64,000 nucleotides of DNA from Magallana gigas (GCF_963853765.1 NC_088861.1:21548281-21612280), one strand, 5' to 3'; shown: positions 11,402-24,046, numbered from the stretch's first letter. Notes: generated by a model not told the origin, from the sequence alone. Translations and numbers: made by a program.

Positions 11402-13096
11402 TGTGTCATATAATATTTTGATACTGCGAAATATTGAACCCGGGTTCAATATATTATGCGATATTATGAACCCGGGTTCAAAAAATCGCTGCGATATATT
11501 GAACCCCCCCCCCTAAAATATCGAACCCCCTACTTATTTCCAATTCCCTTTGGAGAGGGGGTTCAGAATATTATGGCTGCGATATTTTGAACCCCCCTCT
11601 ATTTTCTATTGCTATTAGAGAAGGGGTTCAAAATATTATGACTGCGATATATTGAACCCCCTTCTTATTTCCAATTCCCTTTGGAGAAGGGGTTCAAAAT
11701 ATTATGGCCGCGATATTTTGAACCCCCTCTCCAAAGGGATTTGGAAATAGGTTGGGGTTCAATATATCGCAGCCATAATATTTTGAACCCCCTCTCCAAT
11801 AGCAATGAAAAATAGAGGGGGGTTCAAAATATCGCGGCCATAATATTTTGAACCCCTTCTCCAATGGGAATTAGAAATACACATAGAGTTAGGGGGTTCA
11901 ATATATCGCAGCCATTATACATTTTGAACCCCCTCTCCAAAAGCAATAAAAAATAAAGGGGGGGGGGGTTCAAAATATCGCGGCCATAATATTTTGAACC
12001 CCCTTCCAATGGGAATTGGAAATAGGTTGGGGGTTCAATATATCGCAGCCATAATATTTTGAACCCCCTCTCCAATAGCAATGAAAAATAGAGGGGGGTT
12101 CAAAATATCGCGGCCATAATATTTTGAACCCCCTCTCCAATGGGAATTGGAAATAGGTTGGGGGTTCAATATATCGCAGCCATAATATTTTGAACCCCCT
12201 CTCCAGTAGCAATGAAAAATAGAGGGGGGTTCAAAATATAGCGGCCATTATATTTTGAACCCCCTCTCTAATGGGAATTGGAAATAGGTAGGGGGTTCAA
12301 TATATTGCTGCCATAATATTTTGAACCCCCTCTCCAATAGCAATGACAAATAGAGGGGGGTTCAAAATATCGCGGTCATAATATTTTGAACCCCCTCTCC
12401 AATGGGAATTGGAAAGAGGTAGGGGGTTCAAAATATCGCGCCCATAATATTTTGAACCCCCTCTCCAAAAGCAATGAAAATAGAGAGGGGGGGGTCAAAA
12501 TATCGCGGCCATAATATTTTGAACCCCTTCCAATGGGAATTGGAAATAGGTTGGGGGTTCAATATATCGCAGCCATAATATTTTGAACCCCCTCTCCAAT
12601 AGCAATGAAAAATAGAGGGGGGTTCAAAATATCGCGGCCATAATATTTTGAACCCCCTCTCCAATGGGAATTGGAAATAGGTTGGGGGTTCAATATATCG
12701 CAGCCATAATATTTTGAACCCCCTCTCCAGTAGCAATGAAAAATAGAGGGGGGTTCAAAATATAGCGGCCATTATATTTTGAACCCCCTCTCTAATGGGA
12801 ATTGGAAATAGGTAGGGGGTTCAATATATTGCTGCCATAATATTTTGAACCCCCTCTCCAATAGCAATGACAAATAGAGGGGGGTTCAAAATATCGCGGT
12901 CATAATATTTTGAACCCCCTCTCCAATGGGAATTGGAAAGAGGTAGGGGGTTCAAAATATCGCGCCCATAATATTTTGAACCCCCTCTCCAAAAGCAATG
13001 AAAATAGAGAGGGGGGGGGGGGTCAAAATATCGCGGCCATAATATTTTGAACCCGGGTTCAATATATCGCGGGGTTCAAAATATTATATGACACCG
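11402..13096. repeat. Foldback-like element or satellite array: 131-bp dimeric unit of palindromic 65/66-bp subunits, with terminal inverted repeats
   Basis: Period 131 bp, for example ttcaat at 12034 and 12165. Each subunit is a dyad: gaaccccctctcc...agaggggggttc plus aaaatatcgcggccataatatttt. Orientation flips near 11730. The two ends are inverted repeats of each other: start tgtgtcatataatattttga, end tcaaaatattatatgacaccgg. Confidence 0.8.
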
Positions 13097-14787
13097 GTAC
13101 CCAAATGGAACGTAAAATGACCCAAATTGACCCAAATGGAGCCCAAATGGAAACAAATGAACCCAAATGGAATCACAAATGGAAACAAATGGAAATTGAA
13201 TGGCATAATTGAAGATTTTATTTAATAATTTCAATCATTATTTGATGAATAATCAATAAATATAAATTCTAAAACGACATTTTCTTGTGTTGTTAATGAT
13301 TTTTTATTGATATATGAATTTATATATAACTATAAATAAAACTGTTGATATATAATCATATCGAAATATCTTTAAATTATAACAATATAATTCAAATATT
13401 TATTTTCGATCTTGGTTAAATAAATCCACAATGAACCAGCAACAATTGCCAACATGGTTCTAGATCAAATATCGGACAGATTGTTGCACCAGTTTTACTT
13501 CCCAGATGCCAACGACACTGCCGTCAGGGCAAGCGGTGATGGGGATTGCCTGTTCAACGCCGTGTCCACATTGATGATTTACTCAACCATAAAATGTGAC
13601 ATCAAATGTGACAAACCAAATAGTGACTTGTGAAAAATCATTATAATAATAAAAACACCAATTTATGACTTTTTTCATAAAAGAACTTATTAATATAATT
13701 GTTCTTGAGTAAGATTGTTTGAGGTAACTGAGTCCGGGCCCTGGTAGGGCGTCGTGTTTAACACGATAGGAACAGTTTCTTAATTTAATACAGTCTGATA
13801 TTTCTGTTTGTACAACGATGTAGTTACAATATTAATATATGATTTATTAATAGTTTAATGGTACCAAGTGCTGAAAATATTTGATGTAGAATTATAAGAA
13901 AAATGTTATTCTATCTAGGGAAATATGCATAAATAATAGTTGTCTTCTAAATATAGATGTAAAAATGTATATAAGTTAGTTAGATGGCAAATTATTGTTA
14001 TGCATGTTAAATAATTTAGGGGCTGTAAATACATGTACAGTGCTGTTCTGTTGTTTCTTTTAATAGTGCATTTAATCATTCAAATAGTAGCTCAAACCAA
14101 TCCTGTAGTGCATGTTTTGATATTATGTTTTTTGTTTGCTTATACATGTAAAGTATGTGGTTCATTTTTCATGCATCAATTTTTGAATTAAGTTTTTGAT
14201 TTTCAAATCGATTTTTGGGCTAATTTTTTTTTAAGGTCTTATGAAATTCTAAGTAACCATTAATTATTTTAACATACATATTTTATTTTTAAACAAAAAA
14301 ATTTTTTTTTTTTAATATTCTGCTCGGAAATTAGGCCCTATAATGTTTACGTTTAATTTTTCAATTCGTTCTTTTGACTTTAAATATTTTTATTTGTAAT
14401 TATTTCAATTTGTTCTTTTGGCTTTAAATATTTTTTATTTCAAAATTATGGCCTCCACGTGGCAAGAGCTGGACAGCGTTATACTACTTATAACGGCAAA
14501 CAATCCCATAAATAGATTAAAAAAAATTAAATCATGCATTTAAATCGTGAAACAAATTTATAAGGCTACATTATCTAATTCTTTTTCGATTTGGTCAAAA
14601 ATTGTTGTTCAATGTTTTTTGTTGTTGAAAATTTTCAATAAAAAACTCATTTATTAAAAATAATGATTGAAATTTTTAAATAAAATCTTCAATTATGCCA
14701 TTCAATTTCCATTTGTTTCCATTTGTGATTCCATTTGTTTCCATTTTGGTCATTTTACGTTCCATTTGGGTCCATTTGGGTAAATCG
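13097..14787. mobile_element. Non-autonomous TIR element, family B (CCCAAATGGA-rich termini), copy 1, left end truncated
   Basis: Ends are ...cccaaatggaacgtaaaatgacccaaatt... and the inverse ...ccatttgggtaaatcgacgcaccc. It has no ORF. Its left terminus lacks the terminal GGGTGCGTCGATT and abuts the foldback-like array. Confidence 0.7.
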
Positions 14788-16497
14788 ACGCACCCAAATG
14801 GAGCCCAAATGGAAACAAATGGAAACCCAAATGGAATCACAAATGGAAACAAATGGAAATTGAATGGCATAATCGTAGATTTTATTTAATAATTTCAATT
14901 ACATGATGAGTAATCAATAAATATAAATTCTAAAACGACATTTTCTTGTGTTGTTAATGATTCTTTATTGATATATGAATTTATATATAACTATTAATAT
15001 AACTGTTGATATATAATCATATGGAAATATCTGATTCAACCATCATATGTGACATCAAATGTGACAAACCAAATACCACCGAATGTGATAAACCAAATAG
15101 TGACTTGTGAAAAATCATTATAATAATAAAAACACCAATTTATGACTTTTTTCATAAAAGAACTTATTAATATAATTGTTCTTGAGTAAGATTGTTTGAG
15201 GTAACTGAGTCCGGGCCCTGGTAGAGCGTCGTGTTTAACACGATAGGAACAGTTTCTAAATACAGTCTGATATTTCTGTTTGTACAACGATGTAGTTACA
15301 ATGTTAATATATGAGTTATTAATAGTAAAGTGGTACCTATAAAAACTTATTAATGAAATTGTTTTAGAATAAGATTGTTTGAGGTAACTGAGTCCGGGCC
15401 CTGGTAGGGCGTCGTGTTTAACACGATAGGAACAGTTTCTAAATACAGTCTTATTTCTGTTTCTACAACGATGTAGTTACAATGTTAATATATGATTTTA
15501 TTAATACCGAGCGCAGCGAGAGGCGGGCGAAGCCCGCCTCGCGAAGCGAGGATTAATGGTAACACGTATATATAAGAAAATCAGTGAAAAATGAAAGTTG
15601 AATCAGGGGTACTAAGGCCCAAAATAATTTCTTCCAGCCCTGGGCGCCGCCATATTGGCAGCCATTTTGTTTTTAAAAAGTTAGTTCGATCATTGATTGA
15701 CTGGTACTTATTGATGTTTATTGCCCCTAAACTCAATTAAAATGTTCCAGTGTTTCAATGGAAGGTAATTTTAATTAAAAGAAATAAAAGAGGACACCAG
15801 ATAAGTTCCAATAGTGCTTTAATCAAGAAACACGACTAGGTGTATGTATGTCTTATCAAATTATCAGATGGAAAATAAAAACATTAACATCAAGGAACTG
15901 ATCTTTTAGATACTGAATAAAGTATTCAATTTTATTACCGCGGCATTTATATGAATTAAATCGATAAACAATGAAAGAAGAAGTTAAAAAAAGTTCGGAA
16001 TAATAAACGTAACTCTCTTCGGCTATTTCCGAAGACAAAACGTTGTACGTTTTACGTCTGAAAAATGACGTCATAATGTAGACAGAGCACGCGACGTTTA
16101 GTAAACTTTGGCTAATGATTTGAGTAGGCAACCAGGCGAACCCTACTGTGTGCGTTTCATATAAATTTAATTTGTTCTACAAAAATCAAACTGCACAGTG
16201 TGAAATCTGCGCTCGGTCCAACGGTCACACCGTTTATATATTAGTTAAGTGGTACCAAGTGCTGTAAATATTTGATGTAGAATTATAAGAAAAATGTTGT
16301 TCAATGTTTTTTTTTTAAATTTTCAATAAAAAAAACTCATTTATTAAAAATAATGATTGAAATTATTAAATAAAATCTTCAATTATGCCATTCTATTTCC
16401 ATTTGTGATTCCATTTGGGTCCATTTGTGCTCCATTTGGGTCCATTTGGGTCATTTTACGTTCCATTTGGGTCCATTTGGGTAAATCGACGCACCCT
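14788..16497. mobile_element. Family B element copy 2, head-to-head with copy 1, containing an internal duplication and a nested 727-bp insertion
   Basis: Starts aaatggagcccaaatggaaac, shares internal sequence with copy 1 (15040-15500 matches 13560-13870), and ends gggtaaatcgacgcaccc at 16497. It is interrupted at 15509-16235. Confidence 0.55.
15509..16235. mobile_element. Unclassified 727-bp insertion inside family B copy 2, starting with GAA-triloop hairpins
   Basis: Absent from the homologous site in copy 1 (ttattaata|gtttaatggtacc). Begins CCGAGCGCAG followed by hairpins ggcgggc-GAA-gcccgcc and cctcgc-GAA-gcgagg. The inverse CTGCGCTCGG lies near the other end, which also contains a TGACGTCA motif. 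Confidence 0.45.
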
Positions 16498-16575
16498 CAT
16501 TCGTGTAACATGTAGACTGTCAATGCCTGTCTGATATACGATAGAGACAGAGGGCCAGTCTACATGGTCTATGTA

Positions 16576-17035
16576 GGTATCACACCGGTAATCGGCCAAT
16601 CAAAATGAACTTAGTCAATTGTAGTTCCATATATACTTCATAATTATTTTTTTTCTTGACTGTAGTTTTACATTTTCCTTTACTCAGTTTTAAAATTTTT
16701 TGTACCACTGAGTAGGATATTTCATGTATTTTGTTAGGTGATGATTTTTTTTCACAGGAACTACTTCTTTCAGGGCTCATGCAGCAGCTTCCTGGGGAGT
16801 GTGCAGTCTGTTTACATACAAATGGAAAACACGTGGTTTTGAGGGTAGACCTGTTTGGAGCTAGATATTTTGAGAAAATGCAGTATCGCTTGCCCTTTTT
16901 ATTGTGTTAGCTGATGAGATAGGTAACAAATAACATTTCCTCCGAATATTTTGTCATGAAAAATACAAACTGATTTTTAAGAATTTTTTCCCCTCTATAG
17001 TGTTATATAGTGAAAACAATTACCGGTGTGATACC
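16576..17035 (+). mobile_element. Second copy of the GGTATCACACCGGTAAT TIR MITE (460 bp), about 80 bp upstream of the RPL24 leader
   Basis: ggtatcacaccggtaatcgg...caattaccggtgtgatacc. Flanking ATGTA/TGTAA share TGTA. It is the reverse complement of the 51299-51757 copy. Confidence 0.8.
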
Positions 17036-17110
17036 TGTAACATGGTGCAATTTTTCACTTTCGGGAAACCTCGAGTAATTTCGCTACATACGTAAGAATC
17101 GAGCGAGGTA

Positions 17111-17153
17111 TCCCGAAAGCCTACTTTCGGTCTTTCAACTTCCGGTCTCAAAC
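17111..17153 (+). promoter_or_regulatory. RPL24: Putative pyrimidine-rich promoter / 5' leader of the ribosomal protein L24 gene
   Basis: Pyrimidine-rich tract tcccgaaagcctactttcggtctttcaacttccggtctcaaac lies immediately 5' of the ATG. The first exon ends just after the start codon, as is typical of ribosomal protein genes. Confidence 0.4.
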
Positions 17154-17158
17154 ATGAA
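17154..17158 (+). CDS. RPL24: 60S ribosomal protein L24, exon 1 (ATG plus AA, phase 2)
   Basis: ATGAA is followed by the GTGAGT donor at 17159. Joined to exon 2 it reads [20 protein letters not shown]..., matching the RPL24 N-terminus [18 protein letters not shown]. Confidence 0.75.
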
Positions 17159-17292
17159 GTGAGTGAAAATATTGTATACCGACAATAATCTGTAAAATTC
17201 TGATATTTTTTGGGAACATCGCGAAGAATTAAATTGTTAATGTAAGCAATCAATGTATGATTTACATGTTTTAACTTATATTTTTCATGAAG

Positions 17293-17368
17293 GATCGAAC
17301 TGTGCTCTTACAGTGGGTATAAAATATATCCAGGACACGGAAAACGTATCGTAAAAGTTGACGGAAGG
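17293..17368 (+). CDS. RPL24: 60S ribosomal protein L24, exon 2
   Basis: Acceptor AG at 17291-17292. Exon encodes (K)[25 protein letters not shown] and ends before the GTAAGA donor at 17369. Confidence 0.85.
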
Positions 17369-17499
17369 GTAAGAGCTGATTTTGTTTCCAGTTTCAGAAC
17401 AATGTGAAATTTATGGTTATTTTTATTATGTGAAAAATCTCACGCCATTATTGGAGTAAAATGTGTGTCAGCAGGTCCAGTACAATTACTAGATTAGCT

Positions 17500-18540
17500 A
17501 CGTAGCTTAATACATATTCTCTTTTGAGAAGTGGACAGGCATAGCCTACATCCACTTCTCTTCGCAAGCCCTCATATTTTGATTCTGAAAAACGTGTAAA
17601 TGTTGGAACCAAAGACGGTTTACGTTTCGACTCATGTTTCCACTCCACTTTCCCTGAATTTTCGTAACAGACCTACTATTTCTACATTTTAAACATTATT
17701 GCATCCATATATCACAAAAAAATCAACACTAACTCGCTGTCAAATCATTTTCGCAACTTCTACATCCCGGGTTTAAATTGTGTGTATCACATTGTTTATC
17801 TAGGTCAGCGCAGATTGAATGTTTATGTTTCGGATAAAATTGGAAACCTATTTAAGACAATAATGTCGAAAACGTAACTGAATCAACTTAATCTTACAAT
17901 GTATAAACAAATACTGAGCCAAATAATTACAAAGTGGTATGTCTTCCCTTTTTAACCATCTCTTATGGTGACAAAATTTGTCTACATCTGTTTTTAACAA
18001 TAAAATGAACATTGATTAATATAGCATACAAGAAAGATTAAAATAAAGAGTTTTATGTGACAAAGTTACTTATTTTATTGTATGCATTTGTGTTAATTTG
18101 TCTTAAATTGTAAAACCGTTCTATATAGCTCTGTGAATTTTAGAAAAATACCTTTAATCTAAAGTCTACAATCGGAGCACTATTTTCCGTTTTTTCCGAC
18201 TCTAAATTTTCTACTTTTTAAACCACCTATAGCGAATGATCTCATAATTTAAAACCGGAATGTAGAAGTTGAGAAAATGATTTGACAGCGGGTTAGTGGT
18301 GTTTTGTTTGTAATATATGGATGCATTTATGTTTAAAATGTAGAAATAATGGGTCTGTTACGAAAATTCAGGGAAACTGGAGTCGAAACATGGGTCGAAG
18401 TGTAAACCGTCTTTGGTTCTGACATTTACACGTTTTCCAGAATCAAAATATGAGGGCTTGCGAAGAGAAGTGGATGTAGGCTATGCCTGTCCACTTCTCA
18501 AAAGAGAATACTTAATACATAGCTTTGTTTACCTACCTGA
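17500..18540. mobile_element. About 1-kb element with roughly 270-bp terminal inverted repeats, in RPL24 intron 2
   Basis: 17520-17790 is the reverse complement of 18250-18530, for example gagaagtggacaggcatagcctacatccacttctc against its inverse. It has no ORF. Confidence 0.55.
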
Positions 18541-18884
18541 ATTTATTTATAGTCTGTCCCAAGTTATTGCTTCCATCACTTTTTGATGATTTGTAATGAA
18601 AATACACATACCTGTGAAAGAAGTACAGTTGAAATCGATGAAATGGAAAATATTCAAGATATCTTCATTGACAAATTATCCATTTTCACTCATAAAAGTG
18701 TATAGGAATGAAAACAATTTTCTTACGGAGATATATAATGGGAAATGTTTGCATCTTTTCTCTATTCGGAAGTACTAATGGCTGATGCAATGCAAATCCC
18801 CGTAGACTTTCTATTTCGGGATGTGTATTGAAACCTGAAGCGATAGAAGGGGCATTTCAAAACAGAAAATCTAGACATTTTTCT

Positions 18885-19795
18885 GGTGCATCGATTTACC
18901 CAAATGGAACGTAAAATGACCCAAATGAACCCAAATGGAAACAAATGGAAATTGAATGGCATAATTGAAGATTGTATATATAATAATTTCAATTATTATT
19001 TTAAATATATTGAGTTTTTTTAATTGAAAAATTTCTGACCAAATGGAAAAAAGAATTTGATAATGTAGCCTTATCAATTAGTTTCATGATTTAAATACAT
19101 GATTTAGATATTTTTTTTCGAATCTATTTATTGGATTGTTAGCCGTTATAAGTAGTATAACGTTGTCAAGCTCTTGCCATGTTGAGGCCATCCTAATAAA
19201 TATTGAAAGCCAAAAGAATAAATTGAAAAATTAAACATATAAATTATAATTTCCGACCAAAAAAAGATTTTTATGTTTTAAAAATAAAATATGTATTTTC
19301 AAATGATTATAATAGTTACTTAGAATTTCATATGACCTTAAAAAAATTCAGTCCAAACATCGATTTATTTTAGAAATCAAAAAGTACTTCAAAATTTGAT
19401 GCATGGAAAATGAACCACATACTGTACATGTATAAGCAAACAATACTAACTTATATACATCTATATTTAGAAGAAAACTATGGTACTTTATTTTCCAATA
19501 TCAAAAATAAATATTTGAGTTATATTGTTATGATTAAAAAGGTATCTTGAAATGATTAAATATCAATAGTTATATTAACAGTTATATATAAATTCATATA
19601 TCAATAAACAATCATTAACAACACAAGAAAATTGTTGTTTTAGAATATTCATATTTATTGATTCTTCATCATATAATTGAAATTATTACATAAAATCTTC
19701 AATTATGCCATTTAATTTCCATTTGTTTCCAATTGAGTTTCCATTTGGGTTTATTTGGGTCATTTTACGTTCCATTTGGGTAAATCGACGCACCC
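18885..19795. mobile_element. Family B element copy 3 (complete, 911 bp) with 9-bp target duplication, in RPL24 intron 2
   Basis: Termini are ggtgcatcgatttacccaaatggaacg... and ...cgttccatttgggtaaatcgacgcaccc. Flanked by CATTTTTCT on both sides (18876-18884 and 19796-19804). Confidence 0.8.
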
Positions 19796-22537
19796 CATTT
19801 TTCTATTAGTGGATGAACGTAGTTTAAACACAAAGGTATTTATTATTTTCGAAATATCAAGCGAAGAGTGGTGGAAGCAAAAGCTCGGGATAGAGTATAG
19901 CTACTCAATCATACTTTTGTTTTAAAAGGGCATTTGTACAGGATATCCCATAATAGCTGATACCATTAATTCTATGAATAACTTTTGATTAAGTTAATTT
20001 GACAAAAAATTAAATTTAATTGATCTGATACATTCACACATTTTATACATTAAATGTTTTGTAATTCTGTGAGTTAAATGACAAATAAAAATCAGTCCTT
20101 GTACTTCTGTGTATTTTGGAGGCATTAGTGCAACCCTTTGACCCAATTACAACCGTTGTGTAGCGATTCTGTTTAATTTTGTAGACAACTGTAAACAAAT
20201 GGTTTTATAATTATTTTAGCAATAATTTGGCAGTATTATTAACTAATTACAAGTTTCAAACTAATAGTAATGTCAGCATGAAAAGTAATAAACATCAGTT
20301 GTAATTTTCAATGCACAGTATCACCTGTTTTTATAACCCATGAAGATAAGACAGTCGCAAGTTCCTAATCACAAAAGGGTTTAACTGAGCATGTGAGAAC
20401 GTCTTATGAATTTGATGATAATCATTTTATTGCCTTTGAGTTTAATTAATTAACACAATCGTAAACTCTGCATACAGGGCGACTTCAACTTCTCTTTCGG
20501 AGGAAACTCCGGCAAAGTTGCCGATCACAAAGCAAGTCGTCCTCTAGGTTGGTCACTGTATAATAATACTTTAGTCTTTTAATGGATATTGGATAATAAA
20601 AGGATATCTGTCACATGACTATCAATGATAACGACTTACTATCGATTGTCACCGACCTGCTGCCTTCAGCGATGATTTTTCGATATTCGGCGACTATCGT
20701 AACAACACTAGAGGATTACCTGTGCACCTGTTAACCCTTAGCTGCCTCACCTGACAATTGTCGCACCGAAATTTCAGGTCTGCCACTGCTATGCGCGACT
20801 ATGGTCGTTTTTCCGAGAGCGAGTTATCTAAGGTTTCCACAAGCCTCGCTTTGAGCAAAAACACGATGGCTATGATTGGTCAATTGATGTGTTCGGAAGG
20901 TTTCTAGAGTTTTGCAGAGTTTAAAATAAAGGCTATAGAGCAGTAAACTTCCAAAGAATGTTTTGAATTTGTAGCCAAAGTGGCAAAAGTAGAGTGAAGC
21001 CACGAGACACAAATTTTGGAACTTTTTTCACGGGGATAGCAAAGACGAAAATACTGTTGATGGATTTAATCCTGCAGTACATAACTTAGGAGATGTTAAT
21101 TTATTGATTTATGTGTCTTTAATGAACTTTGTGCCAAGAAATGACCGAGAATTTGATGCCGATCTGGAGGTAGGCTAGTCGCGTGTTGATCCACCGCCAT
21201 TGAATATCCCATCCCATTCACCAGAGAGGAAAAATTAAACACTTAAATGGAGGATTATGAACCTTTATCGTGTCTAAATTAAATTTTTAATGATATTATG
21301 TTTATGGAAATTGTTGTTTAATTGATCAACATCTCTACCGAGAGATTGTGCAGTCTGAGAATGTAAACCAGAACAACATAAAAAAAAAAGCATTGATAAA
21401 GTGTTTCATGTATTTCTTTATTTTTCAGTAATTGTTTACCCAATTTTCAAAATTAAACGAATAAAATTGAATCTCACAATGTATGACTTATTGATATACT
21501 AAAGAACTTTTACAGTCATTTGGGTTCTCAAATATGACAATTGAAGAATGGAACAATGAAAGGCATTAATTTTAATTGATTTTTACATTTGAACATACCT
21601 AGATTGATATATACAAGATAAATGAGGAATATGAGCATTGCATTGAAATCTTCAATATTTTCTCTCGCATTTTAAATATATATAAAGTTTGGTAACTGTA
21701 GCAATAAATATATAGTTGCTGTGATATATTATTTTAAACTCTATGGTCAATTACCATTAATTGTGAATAATTAATTCAGCAGTGGCAGCCATCTTTGCGA
21801 AAGTTAAAGCAGCAGCCTAAGAGTTAAGTGACACCTCCGGATATATATTGTTTTCTTTGGTGTTTCAGAGTAAAATCTGGATGTTAAAAGGTCTTTCTTA
21901 TTACTATATAAGGCCTATGCATTACTATATATGCAACTGATATAAGAAAAACCGGAAGTATTAGTAAAAATTAAATTAGACAAAAACATGTCATACTAAG
22001 ATCACGGTAGACAGTACTTTGATGGATTTTGATATATTTAAGCTACATAGCAGCTTTTTGAGGCCATTTGTCTGAATGAATGAGAAAATAAGTTATGTAG
22101 AGCCCTGTCAGTTTTAGAACATATTAAAGAAAATGCTTTGTTGCTGAGATAAATCATTGAAAATATTAGATATTTTGCAAGTTTAAGATTATTTTAAAAA
22201 GTTTTATGTTAAAAAAATGAGATGTATTAGAACTGTCCACCAATTGAGTATTGTTGCCCATTTTTCTCTATTTTATGATGATAGATAGATAGATACTTTA
22301 TTTCTAATACTGGGCCCTCTTGGGCATATAAAGGTAATAAAGAAAATAATGATAAAAAATAAATAAAAAAATACATACACACATACAAGGAAAGGGAGGG
22401 TTTCAAAATGATAGTTTATATTTATGTTGAATAAAAGATGAGTCAAAGTAGGAATCTATTCAATTTTCTATTTGCTCAACAACTAAAAATTCTGTGAGTG
22501 CTAATTCTCATATATAATAGTAACCATCATGTTGTAG

Positions 22538-22785
22538 GTTTTCCAGTTCCTCAATGGAAAATGCGAGGCTTCACACAAAATGAAGAGGAATCCACGCGAG
22601 ATTAATTGGACAGTGCTATACAGAAGAAAGCACAAGAAAGGCAATCTTGAAGAGATTGCTAAAAAGAGAACTCGCAGGACTACCAAGTTTACACGTGCTG
22701 TCACTGGGCTTTCTCTTGCTGAAATTCAGGCAAAGCGAAACCAGAAACCAGAAGTGAGGAAGGCACAGAGAGAACAGGCCATCAG
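22538..22785 (+). CDS. RPL24: 60S ribosomal protein L24, exon 3
   Basis: Acceptor ttgtag at 22536-22537. Encodes [82 protein letters not shown](R), near-identical to the central region of metazoan RPL24. GTTAGT donor at 22786. Confidence 0.9.
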
Positions 22786-23167
22786 GTTAGTTAATTTCAA
22801 GGATTTGATTTTATATACTGGCATGAATAAAAAATTAAAATTATTGGAATGCTGATGGGATTTATCTAAGAAATAAGCAGCAAGTTATAAAGTTCACTGA
22901 GATATGAACTTGGTTGGTCACATGATCAAATCCTAGAATCTTAAAGGGCTTCTCAAAAGATTTGATCATGTACCAACAAAGTTCTTATTCCAGTGTCTGT
23001 GTTGAATAATTTTATAACAAATAATTTTAAAACTAAATTTTTTTAATTTAATTTTATCACTTTTACGTATATTAAGTTGTTTATTCTCTAGCAGAATTTT
23101 ATTGGAAGTTTAAAAAATCAAGGAGACTTCCATTATTGGACACCCGCACAATGCTAGAACCATTTTA

Positions 23168-23662
23168 GGCGAGAGAAATTTAATTTTTAGTTTTACGGAT
23201 TTTGTTGTAAAAAATTTGGGTCGGAGGAGGGGGAAAAAAAAACCAGTGGGCAAACTTTTATTAATCAAAATTACATATTATTTGCTTGAACTTATATGAT
23301 TAAGTTTAATTTGTCCACTATCCACTGTGTACTTGGTATTGGTATTAACCTTACTAAACTTGTTCAGGATAACATTTTCTTTGCTTTTCATAAAAACTTT
23401 TAAGCCAAACCATGCATGGCTGACCTCAATCTTAAATACTCCATGTTATAGAGACGCTTACAATTGATTTGAAAAGCTCTCTTTGTCAACCGTTTTGCAG
23501 ATTTCAAATAAAATAAAGTAATTTTAAAACCAAGATCTGTAAAACTTGAAAATTCCGGAAAAATATCCGAAGATACAATTTTTTTTTCATTTTTTTTTTT
23601 TTACAAAATCGAATAAATTGGGTTGGCGGATCCGTAAAACTAAAAATTAAATTTCTCTCGCC
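23168..23662. mobile_element. Tourist/Harbinger-like MITE (495 bp) with TTA target duplication
   Basis: TIR GGCGAGAGAAATTTAATTTTTAGTTTTACGGAT... has a 34-bp match at the other end. TTA flanks both ends (23165-23167 and 23663-23665). Confidence 0.6.
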
Positions 23663-24046
23663 TTAACAAGGCCTTGGACTTTCAGTAGGACATAACTATC
23701 TGTTTCTTTCGTCAAAACAAGTTAAAAATGATGCTGGCTTCAGGTGAAATATGCACTGATTGAGTAGTCTTAGCTCAAAAGCCAGACAAATCTTGTTGAT
23801 TTCAAAGAGCAATGGCTGAGTGGCCTACAATGAAATAGACAGGCCTATGTCACATTGCAGTTTGACACCAACTACCCAAAGTCCAAGCTTTTGTTAAAAT
23901 GGTTCTAATATCTATTGATAGTAAAATAAAACAGCTTTGTAAATTTTTTAAAAACTTTTCAAATTTGTTAAACTGAATTGATTTGATGTATTCTTACATT
24001 TTATAGATGAAAAGTTTTGTAATTTTGTTATGTAAATGACAAATAA

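Noticed and set aside
11402-13096. Regularly spaced repeats that could superficially resemble a CRISPR array
   Set aside because: The sequence is eukaryotic: it has spliced genes and retrotransposons. The repeats are 65/66-bp palindromic satellite subunits with no unique spacers between them, so it is a satellite or foldback array, not CRISPR.
15600-15680. CArG-like CCATATTGG and a GC-rich stretch that could be a promoter
   Set aside because: It lies inside a nested transposon insertion with no ORF or exon downstream, so it is probably a chance motif.
17159-17292. Possible box C/D snoRNA in the 134-bp first intron of RPL24, a common snoRNA host
   Set aside because: CTGA is present but there is no RUGAUGA C box or terminal stem, so no support from sequence.
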